From Antedon mediterranea (taxonomy: Eukaryota > Animalia > Echinodermata), in the NCBI RefSeq assembly GCF_964355755.1, contig NC_092676.1, positions 7,417,888 through 7,481,887 on the forward strand: a stretch of 64,000 nucleotides of DNA. The letters run 5' to 3'. The notes beneath the pieces were generated by a model that did no database searches, was not told where the DNA came from, and worked only from the letters and a program-made list of their open reading frames with translations. Position numbers and translations under genes: made by a program. Below, piece by piece: positions 50,709-63,444 of the stretch; the stretch's first letter is position 1; each line of letters opens with the position of its first letter.

Positions 50709-51070
50709 TATATATAAATCATACTGTAAATTATAGAAACAGTGCTCATATTCGGAACATGATCTCATAATCGCGTCGAGCATAGCTCATTGGCGAAAGT
50801 TCCATATTTTTTAGTTGTATGAAAAAATGTCTCTGGCTGGATTCGAACCTGCAACCTCTCGCTTACAGGGCGAGTATCATACCACTAGACCACAGAGCCA
50901 TGTATGGTATTATCACAGATTTTCACCCACCAGATACATTCTCTCATACAACAAACGCCAATGGAACTTTCGCCAATGAGCTATGCTCGACGCGATTATG
51001 AGATCATGTTCCGAATATGAGCACTGTTTCTATAATTTACAGTATGATTTATATATATATATATATATAT
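50709..51070. mobile_element. MITE with perfect ~90-bp TIRs, embedded in (TA)n, enclosing a tRNA-like cassette
   Basis: 50715-50805 is the exact reverse complement of 50961-51051. Confidence 0.85.
50829..50899 (-). tRNA. tRNA-Pro-like body with altered anticodon loop (CCUGUAA; UGU); TE-borne pseudo-tRNA
   Basis: GGCTCTGTGGTCTAGTGGTATGATACTCGCCCTGTAAGCGAGAGGTTGCAGGTTCGAATCCAGCCAGAGAC followed by T6. Confidence 0.5.
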
Positions 51071-51939
51071 TGTGACCCGTTTTATTTTAATACATATATT
51101 TGGATTATAAGAAATATAAGCGTTGCAATAGTGTTTATTTCATAAAAGATGAGTATACATTTAAAAACTTACAAATCATTCAATTAGTTTACCAGAAAAT
51201 CGCGTTTATTCTTGGAAGTGAGTGCGTTATTTAGCAGCGTGGACATTATGGTCAGTTTGTCTGATTTTGGATATTATTTAGCCAATAAGTCATGGATCAC
51301 CGCCCTGTAATTTTAGTAATGTGTACATAGATCCTATAATTTTTATAAAAACATCCTTTTAAAGGATCTTCTATGTACACACTAAAAATAATTAAAATAA
51401 TATACATCTTTTTCTTCTATAAAGATCATTTCACTTTTTCATCTACATTGACAATGGATTCCTTCTTGACACAGTAATCTATAAGTCATATTGGTTTTGT
51501 TACCTTTTTTTTTGTCTTGTGTGAGTTCTTCTCACGTTTATTTAAATTCTCATTGATGAATATATTATATACATATAAGTACATTTTGTGACAATTAAAA
51601 GTAAGTGTTTAGAGTAGTTAAAATACCGGTATATTTACATAATAAGATGCCAGAATTCATTATTGGTTTTGTTACCTTGTGTAATTATTCAATATTATTA
51701 AAAAGTAAAATGATGAAAATAAATAGATATACATTGAATTACATACATTGCTGGTCTCTCACTCAAGGTCAAAGGCAATGAATGTCAACTGAAACCATCA
51801 ATGACGACGTAAATGTACTGGTTATTTGATTTTAAATAATATTATGGGACTTTTGAATTCTCTTTTTGCTTGTTTTACAATATAATATATAATAATAATA
51901 CTAGTATTGCTTATCAATTTCATCAAATTCGACCAAAAC

Positions 51940-53078
51940 TACGGAAGCCCGTTCGGGCCACAAGATAACTATATTTTAAAATCTGGCGGCCGCCACTTAA
52001 TTATCTGGCGGCCGCCACTTAATTATCTGGCGGCCGCCACTTAATTATCTGGCGGCCGCCACTTAATTATCTGGCGGCCGCCACTTAATTATATGGCGGC
52101 CGCCACTTAATTATGTAGCGGCCGCCACTTAATAATTAGTACATGTCCCGTCACGTGACATGTACGTGCATTGGATCAGAGGCGATGTTGCATATGGAAC
52201 GACATCGCTGCCTCCGGCAGCAAACTTTAATTCTATTCGGCTCTTTTACCGTTCGGCGCATTTCTATTCGGCTCATTTACCATTACGTTCGGCTCTTTCA
52301 GCATTCGGCTCTTTTTTATTCGGCCCATTTACCATTACGTTCGGCTCTTTTTGATTTTTTTATACGGCGCAATTAAATTCTAACCTTTTACATGGGGTCA
52401 AATGGAAGAAAATCAACGGCTGGAAATGAGTCTATGAAAAGTTTACAAAACATATAGATGCAGCATGTAGAGTGTTTGGTTGGCTGAATTAAATGAATTT
52501 GAAGGCTGTTTCAATATGACTAATCATTTTATTGACATGATTAATGTGTTAAAGAACTTGCAATTGTCCCACCTTATTGACTATTTTGAAAGAGAAAAGG
52601 TTTGATTTATGGCCTAGGCTAGCTAGACCTATAGTCTACTGTCAGCCTAACTTTTAACAATAATAATTTACCCTTTCTCTCTCAAAATTTGTAAAAAGAT
52701 GAATTAATTTTAGGTTATTCAACACATCTTTAATCGTAAATATGGTTAATGGGCCGAATAGAAATGCGCCGAATGCTAAAAGAGCCGAACGTAATGGTTG
52801 TTGTAAAAGAGCCGAATAGTAGAATTAAAGTTTGCTGCCGGAGGCAGCGATGTCGTTCCATATGCAACATCGCCTCTGATCCAATGCACGTACATGTCAC
52901 GTGACGGGACATATACTAATTATTAAGTGGCGGCCGCCAGATAATTAAGTGGCGGCCGCCAGATAATTAAGTGGCGGCCGCCAGATAATTAAGTGGCGGC
53001 CGTCAGATAATTAAGTGGCGGCCGCCAGATAACAGCTTTTAAAATATAGTTATCTTGTGGCCCGAACGGGCTTCCGTA
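51940..53078. mobile_element. IS3EU-like non-autonomous element with long TIRs containing 22-bp tandem repeats
   Basis: TACGG...CCGTA termini and a 6-bp TSD CAAAAC (51934-51939, 53079-53084). The arms carry 7 and 5 copies of TTATCTGGCGGCCGCCACTTAA. Confidence 0.75.
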
Positions 53079-53444
53079 CAAAACCGTATTCTATGACAAT
53101 AAATAATGGTATCATTTGACCAGATATCCTGGTCAATCAGTGATGACAATGAACTGTTTAAAGAGACCAGTTATTCCTGGTTTTAAAAAATATAGGTATA
53201 AAAATGACAACAATTTATTGAGAACGTACTTTTAAACTACTGTACAATTGAAAACAATTTCTTATACATTCTATGTGAATGTGATTGATTTAAGACCGTA
53301 AATCACAAGATACCAAAACATGAGGACATTTTACTGATATCTATTACAAATTATACTGTACAATCATTAATATGTCTAGACCTATTATGTTGTTTGTTGT
53401 TTTCATGTGCTGCTTTTGTGAGTACCAACAAAATATCACCTTAA

Positions 53445-53802
53445 AGCTTGGTTCCCACTAGAACGTAACGCAAGGACGTAAACGCAACGCAAGCGTTTTA
53501 ACCAATGACAAGCGAAGTTATAGACAGTTAAGCGTGGTTCCCACTAGCAACGCAACGCAAGGACGTAACGCAACGCAAGTGAATTGACCAATCACAAGCG
53601 ATGGCTTATTCGATTGTGATTGCTAACTGTCTATAACTTCGCTTGTCATTGGTTAAAACGCTTGCGTTGCGTTTATGTCCTTGTACGTTCTAGTGGGAAC
53701 CACGCTTTAGCAATCACAAGCGAATAAGCCATCGCTTGTGATTGGTCAATTCGCTTGCGTTGCGTTTACGTCCTTGCGTTACGTTCTAGTGGAAACCAAG
53801 CT
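53445..53802. mobile_element. PIF/Harbinger-like MITE with a sister copy (53531-53706) inserted in reverse orientation
   Basis: AGC(T/G)TGGTTCCCACTAG termini; the inner copy is flanked by a TTA TSD (53528-53530, 53707-53709). Confidence 0.8.
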
Positions 53803-53959
53803 ATAGTGGTACGAAACAATAGGTGTTGTTACTTTGAGCGCGCCGGAGCAGAAAACATTTTGTTTTGCGCGAAAGAATGTACGGTATACGAAGTTGTTTG
53901 CGCACGCCGATTAAAGAAGAGTATATGACTGGAAAATAGTATAAAATGGAGTTAGTTTT

Positions 53960-54753
53960 CAGAATATTCACAGAAACAGGTAGTATAACAATGTCGGTAC
54001 CTGCGAGGTGTCTGCTCTTTAGAAACTAATCAACACGCCGACTCTTGGTGGACCCGGAGTTGTGCAAATTGATGAGCTGCTTCAGCCTAGCCATTTTCGT
54101 AAGGTAACTATGGCATTTGTTTATTTTAACATTGAATTGACTTAATTATGTTGACTTACTTCACTTACTCCACTTAATTGTTGACATTTTCTTTCTCCTT
54201 AACTTTTTAAGCAACAGTTTTCTTTAAAAAAATGTTATTCTTATTATTTATATATGTATTGATATGCATTTTTTTTATTTATTAATCTTTCAGAATGGTA
54301 GATGCCGTGCACCAGCTAAAGAAGTCTGGGTGTTCGGTCTGATGGATACAACCACAACTCCAGCAAAAGGACATATGGAAATTGTACTCGACAGATCTTC
54401 TTCTTCAACACTTCTACCAATCATTGAGGCAAAGACTCGACCTGGGAACCATAATTCATTCAGAATGCTGCTTATCGTCGTGTGATCAGCGAGATACCAA
54501 CTATCCAGAGTCACCGCACCGTCAACCACTCCGGCCAACTTCACTTCACGTCAACCCCGTAGATGGTACAGAAAACGTCGATTCATACTGGTGTAAAATG
54601 AAATCAAAGTTTAAGAATATGCGAGGTGTGAAACGAGAATGGTTAAGCGAATATCTAGATGAGTTTATGTGGCGTGAAGAACACAGCAAGAATTTAGAGA
54701 CTGCATTTGACAACATATTGGCGCATATCGCTGAAATGTATCCTCAGGCCTAA
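53960..54753 (+). pseudogene. Merlin (IS1016/IS1595-like DDE) transposase, frameshifted, with an intron at ~54103-54292
   Basis: LGGPGVVQIDE, WVFGLMD, TLLPII, PGTIIHS, VNPVDG, ENVDSYW, YLDEFMWRE. Confidence 0.85.
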
Positions 54754-55054
54754 GTTTTAGTTTATAATTAAATTAAGAATAAAACATGATAGTTAAAATA
54801 ATGAGAATAACAATTTATATTTTAAGTTAAAGTTTAAATAAAGTTTTTGAAAATTTTGAGATTAAAACAATTACATTTCTTGACTGTTATTGTTTTTTAA
54901 CGAAGCTAAGTTTATGTTCTATTATGTTCATAAGTATTTATCTTAAACAAACGCAAGTTATTAAAAGCACTGATGTGGCTTAAAACTAATTTTTATTTTG
55001 CTGTATGGATAGAGTGACCGATATTGAACATATAGGCCTACACCAAGTTTAGAT

Positions 55055-55782
55055 CACAGTGTATTAACATACGAAAACTGTGCTCCACTGGTGCCAAATT
55101 GGGTTCACTTGAGCATATAAAAATATATATACGGTATATATTATATATGACTTAAATTCTATTTTATATCCCTGTGCTCCACTGGCACAAAATTGGTCCA
55201 CTTAAGCATAGTGTATTAACATACGAAATATTAAAATTGGAGTGACTTTATTTTTATTTATTTTTTAAAATTTATATCACTGTGTTCCAGTGGCGCAAAA
55301 TTGGGTCCACCTGAGCACAGTGTATATACGAAAAGATATTAACATTGGAGTGACTTTATTTCTTTATATATATCACTGTGCTCAACTGGCGCCAATTTTG
55401 GTCACTTGAGCAAAGTGGATTAACACACATATACAAAAATATATTAAAATCTATTTTATATCACTGTGCTCCACTGGTGCCAAATTGGGTCCACTTGAAG
55501 CACAGTGTATTAACATACGAAATATATTAAACTTTATTCACTTATTTCCATTTTGTATCACTGAGCTCCACTGATGCCAAATTATGTCCACTCCTTGAGC
55601 ACAGTGTATTAACATACGAAAAGATATAAAAATGTAGTGATTTTATTTCCATTTTGTATCACTGTGCTCCGCTCGTGCCAAATTGGGTCCACATGAGCAC
55701 AGTGTTTAGGTTACGAATGAGATATTAAGATTTAGTGACTTATTTTTTCATTGTGCTCCATCTGTGCCAAATTTGGTCCAAT
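55055..55782. repeat. ~90-110-bp diverged tandem repeat
   Basis: ACTGTGCTCCACTGGTGCCAAATTGGGTCCACTTGAGCACAGTGTATTAACATACGAAA units. Confidence 0.85.
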
Positions 55783-55886
55783 AGACCAGTTTACCGTACT
55801 ACTATTCCTATTTCGGAAGTTAATAAAGGCATAAATGGCGCTCCGTAGGTTAGTAGAGATCGATCGCCAGAATCCGGATACCTTAT

Positions 55887-58599
55887 TAGTCCAGTAAAAT
55901 ATCACCTTCACCATTGCATAACGTTAGTAGTCAACGAGATTCTCACCGTAGGTTCTAAACATTATGTAAAGATCATTTATTGATGTTGCGTCGCGTAAAA
56001 GTTGGGATTTGTGGAGAAAATGAAGTTTTTATACGCAGTTTTTGCTTCCTTTCGTCGTGGTTTGTTTTCATCGAAAAATGACGTCATGGGGCATAAGTGA
56101 ATGACACGCCATTGTCGACATTTGCGTTCGTATTAAAAAGTGAATTTTAAATGTACGAATATGGTATTAATTATCTGTATTACATTGTATTATTATGTAT
56201 CGCATATATAACAAGTCATTTTGATAAAAAATAAGTCAAATAAATATGAAAAACAAAAGAAAATTGTGATTTTTGCATGTCATCTAAAGTGACCTTCCAT
56301 ACAATGTGATAGCGCCCTCTATAAGTATTGATACACTCGCACTTCAAACTGCAAGTTTTTTGTTGTTATAAATTCATTCATTCAGAAATACAATTTAAGG
56401 AAGGAATCGAATCAAGGGCATTATTACTTGGTTTACTATATATTTATGATGTTTTCCCCAAAAATAATTACCAGTATGTACATTTTGCGAATTGTAGATG
56501 TACCGGCGGTATGAAATTAAAAAAAGCTGTTTACGCGGTCTGTAGCCTAACGATATCATAATAATTATATGTATAAAATAATTGTTACTTTTTTCTGATA
56601 AATCAGTATGAATAATAATGTTTACTTAGCGCTGCTTTAAGCACCATATTTAAAAAAAAGAAACAAATTGATTTAAGCTTACTTTTTGTCACGTTTTCGG
56701 TAATTAATCGTCTTCTTCGCTCTCACTATCTGATTCGTCACTGTTCTCATCATCCGATTCTGTTGGAAGAGGCCCCAGCAAATCGTTATCGCCAACGCAC
56801 CATCCGTTATTGTCTTGAGGTTTTGGCAACTCTTAAATCGGCGTTAGTGCGAGCTTCCAGATCACGACTTGATAGTTCGATCGTGCGTCGTATATGTTGA
56901 TGCAAGCATCTACGCGACGGTGGAAAGTTAGCTAAATCAATGTTTTTTTAACACGGATTATCCGTCTTTTTCCTTGCATTTCCTGCGAAGAAAGTAAAAT
57001 CTAAGTTCATCGGTACTCCTTGATTTCGATCGGGATCCAGCGATGTTTTTTTTTTATATTGTTACATTTTGTTTCGTCCATTATTGCAAAAGTCCTATTC
57101 GATACAGGCAGTGGCAGGAATTGACGAATAACCAATCTCACAGTTTAGCCACTGAAATCACCCCAAGTCGATGTAATGCCATTCTAGGGCTGCATGCGTT
57201 CACAAAGTGCAGCACGACCAGCGCTTTCAAGAGAAAAGGAAAATTAAAGGCCATTAAACTTGTCGAAAAATATCCAAAATTTGAAGAGGTTTTCAAGAAA
57301 GTAGGAGAAAGTTGGAAAGGAGAAGAAGAGTTAATGTTGGAACTGGAATAGTTCACGTGCCTGTTATTATATGGATTCCGTTCGAAAGCAAGGCGTAGGC
57401 CTACCGATGAACTTAGATTTGACTTTTTTCGCAGGAAATGCAAGAAAAAAAAACCGGAATAATCAGTGTTAAAAAAACATTGATTTAAAAATTAGCTAAC
57501 TTTCCACCGTCGCGTAGATGCTTGCATCAACATATACAACGCACGATGATTGAACTATCAAGTCAGGATCTGCGGAGGCTCGCACTAACACCGATTTTAC
57601 GAGTTGCCGAAACCCCAAAACAATAACGGATGGTGCGTTGGCGATAACGATTTGCTGGGGCCTTTGTGGTGTGAAAGCGAGATTCTTCCAACAGAATTGA
57701 ACGAGCGATTGCCGAGAACGACTCCTTTAACTCGGATGATGAGAACAGTGATGACTCAGATAGTGAGAGCGAAGAAGACAATTAATTACCGAAAACGTGA
57801 CAAAAAATAGGCTTAAATCAATTTGTTTCTTTTCTTTTTTAATAGGGTGCTTAAAGCAGCGCTAAGTAAACATATTCATACTGATTTATCAGAAAAAAAG
57901 TAACAATTATTTTATACATATAATTATTATTATATCGTTAGGCTACAGACCGCGTAAACAGCTTTTTTTAATTTCATACCGCCGGTACATCTACAATTCG
58001 CAAAATGTACATACTAGTAATTATTTTTGGGGAAAACATCATAAATATATAATAAACCAAGTAATAATGCCCTTGATTCGATTCCTTCCTTAAATTGTAT
58101 TTCTGAATGAATGAATATAACAACAAAAAGCTTGCAGTTTGAAGTGCGAGTGTATCAATACTTATAGAGGGCGCTATCACATTGTATGGAAGGTCACTTC
58201 AGATGACATGCAAAAATCACAATTTTCCTTTGTTTTTCATATTTATTTGACTTATTTTTTATCAAAATGACTTTTTATATATGTGATACATAATAATACA
58301 ATGTAATACAGATAATTAATACCATATTCGTACATTTAAAATTCACTTTTTAATACGAACGCAAATGTCGACAATGGCGTGTCATTCACTTATGCCCCAT
58401 GACGTCATTTTTCGATGAAAACAAACCACGACGAAAGGAAGCAAAAACTGCGTATAAAAACTTCATTTTCTCCACAAATCCCAACTTTTACGCGACGCAA
58501 CATCAATAAATGATCTTTACATAATGTTTAGAACCTACGGTGAGAATCTCGTTGACTACTAACGTTATGCAATGGTGAAGGTGATATTTTACTGGACTA
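55887..58599. mobile_element. Academ-type foldback element with ~1.15-kb inverted arms
   Basis: TAGTCCAG...CTGGACTA termini and a 3-bp TSD TAT. Arms are 55887-57039 and 57371-58599. Confidence 0.85.
57090..57790 (+). pseudogene. Academ transposase C-terminal remnant
   Basis: AILGLHAFTKCSTTSAFKRKGK, FTCLLYG, ELRFDFF, DLANFPPSRRCLHQHI, and an acidic tail. Confidence 0.8.
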
Positions 58600-59037
58600 T
58601 ATGTTATTGTATCGGGTAACAATTTTATCGATAGCGATTTTTAGAAGATTAGTTGGTATTTCATCAGTTCCAGTTGCTTTTTCGATAAAAGTGAGTAAAG
58701 AAGTTTATGTATGTCTTGTTTATAGCATATTTCAGTTGAATGTCTTGATTTGTAGTGGTAAGAAGGTTTGTCTTTATTAAATATTAAGATTAATAACAAC
58801 AATGTATGTTTTCAATTGAATCTGGGGTGAACCTTTTCTGTGGTGTTACAGAGGCCAAGTCATATGATGACACTGTACTTGACCTTTGCGTTTTGCATTG
58901 TTGTACTTTATTATTTGATTTCATGAAGTGTATCAAGATTTTTAAAAAAATACCAGATTTATTATAACCCTTTTTTTGTATGTTCCAATATAGCATATCT
59001 CAGTAATAGAAATGCACAAGAGACACAATAATTATGT

Positions 59038-59140
59038 AGGCCTATAGGTAGGCCTACTAGTAACTAGGCTAGGCCTAGCTAGGCCTTCTAGGCCTAACTA
59101 GGCCTAGTCTATCACTATCAGGCCTAGGCCTAGGCCTAAT
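59038..59140. repeat. Cluster of TAGGCCTA/CTAG palindromic motifs
   Basis: About ten overlapping TAGGCCTA-like units. Confidence 0.8.
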
Positions 59141-59564
59141 TTAAATTAAATATGGATCGGATTATTACACAATAAGATAACACTCAATTTACGATATCTT
59201 TGGTGATTAATGCTTCTTTTACCCCCTCTACTTTAAATTATTAATGTTGGGAGAGTACATATTTATTTATTTGAAATGTTTGTGTCCTAAAGCTAAGGGT
59301 CCCTAATCAGAAAGAAGTAAATAAGATTGAAACTTCATCCTCCTTGTTTCAAACAAGGAGGATGTTGTTTGTACCTCTTTGTAGGTCTACATCTCTTGAA
59401 AATATATTGCATAAAATTAAAACATAATACAAAACATAATGTTAGCATAATGTACTTTATAATATTTCATATAAAATGTATCCTACCGGGAGCTAATGTA
59501 ATTAGGCTATCTGACATCACTAAACCCATGGACTTTACCCAATCGATTGATACAATTACACAAC

Positions 59565-61050
59565 CTTCAAATTGATTTATTATTTACATGCTCGCCTGAA
59601 AAGATATCACCTAATATTTCAGATAATCCAGTCGATAGTGATCACTATGCAATCGTTTTTTTAATTTCTACAAGGAAATCTGTTCAACCAAAGTCGACGA
59701 CACGAAGCTTCTTGCAACGCTCTAAATCTGATTTTAGTCATTTATTTAAATAAATTGATTCACCTGGCTCCCTGGTGATTCTTAGACAGTACAGATGTTA
59801 ACAAGTCTCTAGAAGGATTCATGGACTTTTTTGATGCTGCTGTTAGAGACAGTATTCCTCGTATGTCAAAAAAAGCACACAAACATACAGACCCTTGGAT
59901 TACACAAGATATAAAAAAATCTGATTCAAAAGAAAAGAATCTTCAAGAAAGTAAAGTTAACTATCAATATCATATCATTTATTTCGCCAGTTACAGAACA
60001 GTACAAAAAAAAAATACAAAATTAAATCAATGAGGCCGGATAACCTAAAAGTTATAAATAAAAATAACTGTCGAAAGGCTCTCCACATCGAAATACTTAC
60101 ATAAAATGAAAAACTAAATGCATTTCAGACTGGGAAATATATAAGGAATTGAGAAATCGTGTAAAATGTCTTACGAAAGAGTTATGTGGATAATCTGTTA
60201 ATTAACGTTTTTGGGCATTTGTTAAATCTAAAAAATCGACATGTGTTACTATATGTGAACTTTATTCAATCAATCGTACATTTGTTATAATGGTAACCAC
60301 AATAAGGTATAATATTACAGTAGATTTTTACAAACAAAAAAAACAAGACCAATATAAATATAAATTATAAAATATATACAATGATTATTTACAGTAATGA
60401 TAAAAATAAAAATTAATTGTTTATATTGACCTCGCAAACATTTAATGTTAATAATCAGATTTTAGAAATTCCACATGAAATTGCTAATGCTTTTAATTCT
60501 TACTTTTGCTCTGTTTTTAATCCTCCTAATCTCCTTCCGTCCACACCACCTGCTTGCAACATCCAATCTCCATCCTTTCCTTCATTGGATAACAGTGACC
60601 TTACTCCTAAAGATGTTGCTGATGCTCTCTCTATATTCTCATCGTTTGGTCCTGATACCTTTTCACCTTGGCTTCTTCAGGCTATTTCTTTGCCTATCTC
60701 TTAACTCTGGAACTCTTCCCCTCCTGTGGAAACATGCAGAAGTTGTTCAAATTTTTTAATCTGGTGATGCATCCACTTTGTCAAACTATCGCCCAGTAGC
60801 CGTTACTTCTATCATCTGCAAGTGTCTTGAGAAAATTGTGACCATCTCCTCACATTTATCAGAGTTTTTACTAATTGTACCCAGGCCAGCATGGTTTTGT
60901 AGGTAAATCTTGTGCTACTCTTTTAACCAATATTTTTCATACAGTAGCTGGTTCTTAATTCTTGACAAGTCACAACATCCCATCATCGATGACTGTGTTT
61001 TTGGACATCAAAGGTCTTTGATAAACTTCCTCATGACCTCTTACTTAAGA
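59565..61050 (+). pseudogene. Degraded CR1/L2-clade LINE ORF2 (APE end to early RT)
   Basis: IDLLFT, SDHYAI, PWITQDIK, EIANAFNSYFCSVF, GPD, SLNSGTLP..WKHAEV, NYRPVAVTSIICKCLEKIV, QHGF. Confidence 0.8.
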
Positions 61051-61462
61051 AACTTTTTCAACAATATAACTGAATTAATTCAGCTGAATTATAATGTTCG
61101 GCTACAGCTTTAATGTTTTGATAGCTGATCTGATAAATGACGTTTTTGGTTAGACAATTAATTGATTGTCATATCCGAAAAGTGCGGCCAGTTTGGTTAC
61201 TCTTAAATTTTTCAGTAGAATCAACCAATGAACAAGTTTTGCAAGATTTGCCGCAAAGGTGACTGCCCAAATTTTGGCTGTCATGAGAGTTAATTTCACT
61301 TTTAAATTTGGATCTGACTAAATGTATACATTAACTTTATATTGTTTCTTTCTCTTTTTTGTGGCAATAAAAGCTAAAAGCTAAATATTACAATTAAAAT
61401 TATATAGTATCGTTCCACTTGTTTTAAACTAGAAACTGGATCTTGGCACAATTTAACATTTA

Positions 61463-61679
61463 ATGGACGAAGAATATAAACCACTGCTGTCTGACAATGC
61501 CACAATTCAAAGCAATCAACAGTCATTTCCATCAATACGAGATGAACAAGAAGTGAAATTTGTAAAAAGATTTGATGGCAATGTTTACCATCGTAGATGG
61601 TATATGCTATTTTTATTTTCGCTGCTAGCTTTTACACAGTCAGGAACATGGAATACTTGGGGCCCAATTGCTGATACAA
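61463..61679 (+). CDS. SLC49A4: SLC49A4-like exon 1
   Basis: ATG to donor GTAAGT, phase 1. Confidence 0.88.
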
Positions 61680-63444
61680 GTAAGTTTCATCTTCTTTGTC
61701 CAAATCTTTTTTCCCATTATTCTTAAAAGTTATCTAAAACTTTTAACACAACTTTGAATTGACGTTTTATTTTTTTATGACAAGCGTGGATACTCTCTAA
61801 AACAAGAATATTTCTTACAAAAAACGCTGCTCGCTTATTGTTATTGCTAAGGTCAAGTCTGGGGGTCACTTCATCACGCCTAGATACTTCAAGTATCCTA
61901 TTACAAACAAAAACTTCAATGGACTGTTTTGATAGTAATTCAATGATTATCTGACAGCGAATTATATCATGGGATTCATAAATACCAGAATGCTTTGGGA
62001 TTTGTCGTTAGACCCTTTTCTCAGCCGTTTTTGGATTCAACAGGTGGTACCAATAAATTATAGTGGAGTTTCCATTTTAACAAAAATGTCAAAGTGTAGT
62101 ATACTGCTGCTTGATTTCATCTAATGAGAGTCATCTCGTGTGACGTAGCGGGCTAGAGCAGCAGCGTGAAAAATATGCCTAGAGTTACTACGGTACTTAT
62201 CCTCATACGATCGACCCTATTAATTACCATTCTAAAGACCTGATTTTTTTTACCTAATTTAAGGTCACACTAAATTTTATTTAAAACCTACGTTATCGCT
62301 GTCTACCCGCTAGGCCTATAAAAATAAGCCTAACTATTAAGTTTAGACCCAGAAATATCAACAATATCAAGCGAGCTACTTAGGTAGTGCATTGTTTTCT
62401 CTTTTTATAATAATTAACTAGAACGCACATTTAATGTGCTGGTTTAATGTTATTGTTATGCATTATTTTTACAACAGTTGCAGGTCTAGTGTCTTTAAGT
62501 AAACAATCTGAATCCCTTTTATTTAGGCAAGGTAGTTTTACAGTGGACAGATGGTGACATAGCATTGTTAACTAATTGGGGATGTATTACATTTCTGATC
62601 ACTGCTGTATTTTTTTCATATCTATTAGATGTTAAAGGTAAAATTCTTGTACTTTTTTTTTACATCAACATAAAAAAGCAAAACATGTTAAACTAGAAGA
62701 GACTTCGAGAGTGCATACCTCGCAGAACAATTCCCTTACATAAATTTCCCCATTTTGGATAAATCAAATGTCTCTATATTGGACAGTTTCTCTATTTTGT
62801 ACAAAGCACTTCTCTATTCTGAACAAATTTTACCCATTTTGTACAAATCAGATTTCTCTATATTGGACAGTTTTTCTATTTTGTACACAGCAACTTCTGT
62901 ATTCTGGACAAATTTCACCATTGTGGACAAATTTCACCATTGTGGACAAATCAGATTTCTCTATATCCGACAGTTTCTCTATTTTGGACAAAGCATTTCT
63001 CTATTCTGGACAAAATTTCCACATTTCAGACAAATTGGATTCTCTATATCGGACAGTTTCTCTATTTTGGACAAAGCATTTCTCTATTCTGGACAAATTT
63101 CCCCATTTTGGAAAAATCAAATTTTTCTATATTGGACAGTTTCTCTATTTTGGACAAAGCATTTCTCTATTCTGGAAAAATTTTCCACATTTCAGACAAA
63201 TCGAATTCTCTATTTCGGACAGTTTCTCTATTTTTGACACCTAGGCCTTTATATAAAAATGGTATTTCATTGTAACATCATGAATATATACAGTACTGTA
63301 CAATTTTTATTTTCCCAAAAAGGTCATGGTTATTTTGCTATTGTGTTTTATAGGATTACGTTGGGCAGTAATGACGTCAGCTGCCATTCTGGAGATGGGT
63401 TTGATTTTCCGCTGTATACCAGTTGGCATTGAAAATATAAAATG
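61463..63444 (+). CDS. SLC49A4: MFS lysosomal transporter SLC49A4/DIRC2-like, first three exons (continues beyond the window)
   Basis: join(61463-61679, 62527-62637, 63354-63444). [46 protein letters not shown], and an N-terminal dileucine signal EYKPLL. Confidence 0.85.
62527..62637 (+). CDS. SLC49A4: SLC49A4-like exon 2
   Basis: [22 protein letters not shown]...LLDVK. Confidence 0.9.
62742..63237. repeat. ~20-bp-based compound minisatellite (TTTCTCTATT(T/C)TGGACA...) in an intron
   Basis: Tandem variants with a higher-order period of ~85 bp. Confidence 0.9.
63354..63444 (+). CDS. SLC49A4: SLC49A4-like exon 3
   Basis: [22 protein letters not shown]. Confidence 0.88.

Noticed and set aside
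52143-52912. Duplicated ORFs MSRHVTCTCIG on both strands
   Set aside because: Mirror images produced by the MITE TIRs.
53803-55805. Merlin TIRs (ATAGTGGTACG / CGTACTACTAT)
   Set aside because: Too degenerate and no 8-9-bp TSD visible, so the element ends are not called.
62755-63275. ORFs of 110-160 aa
   Set aside because: Intronic minisatellite translations.
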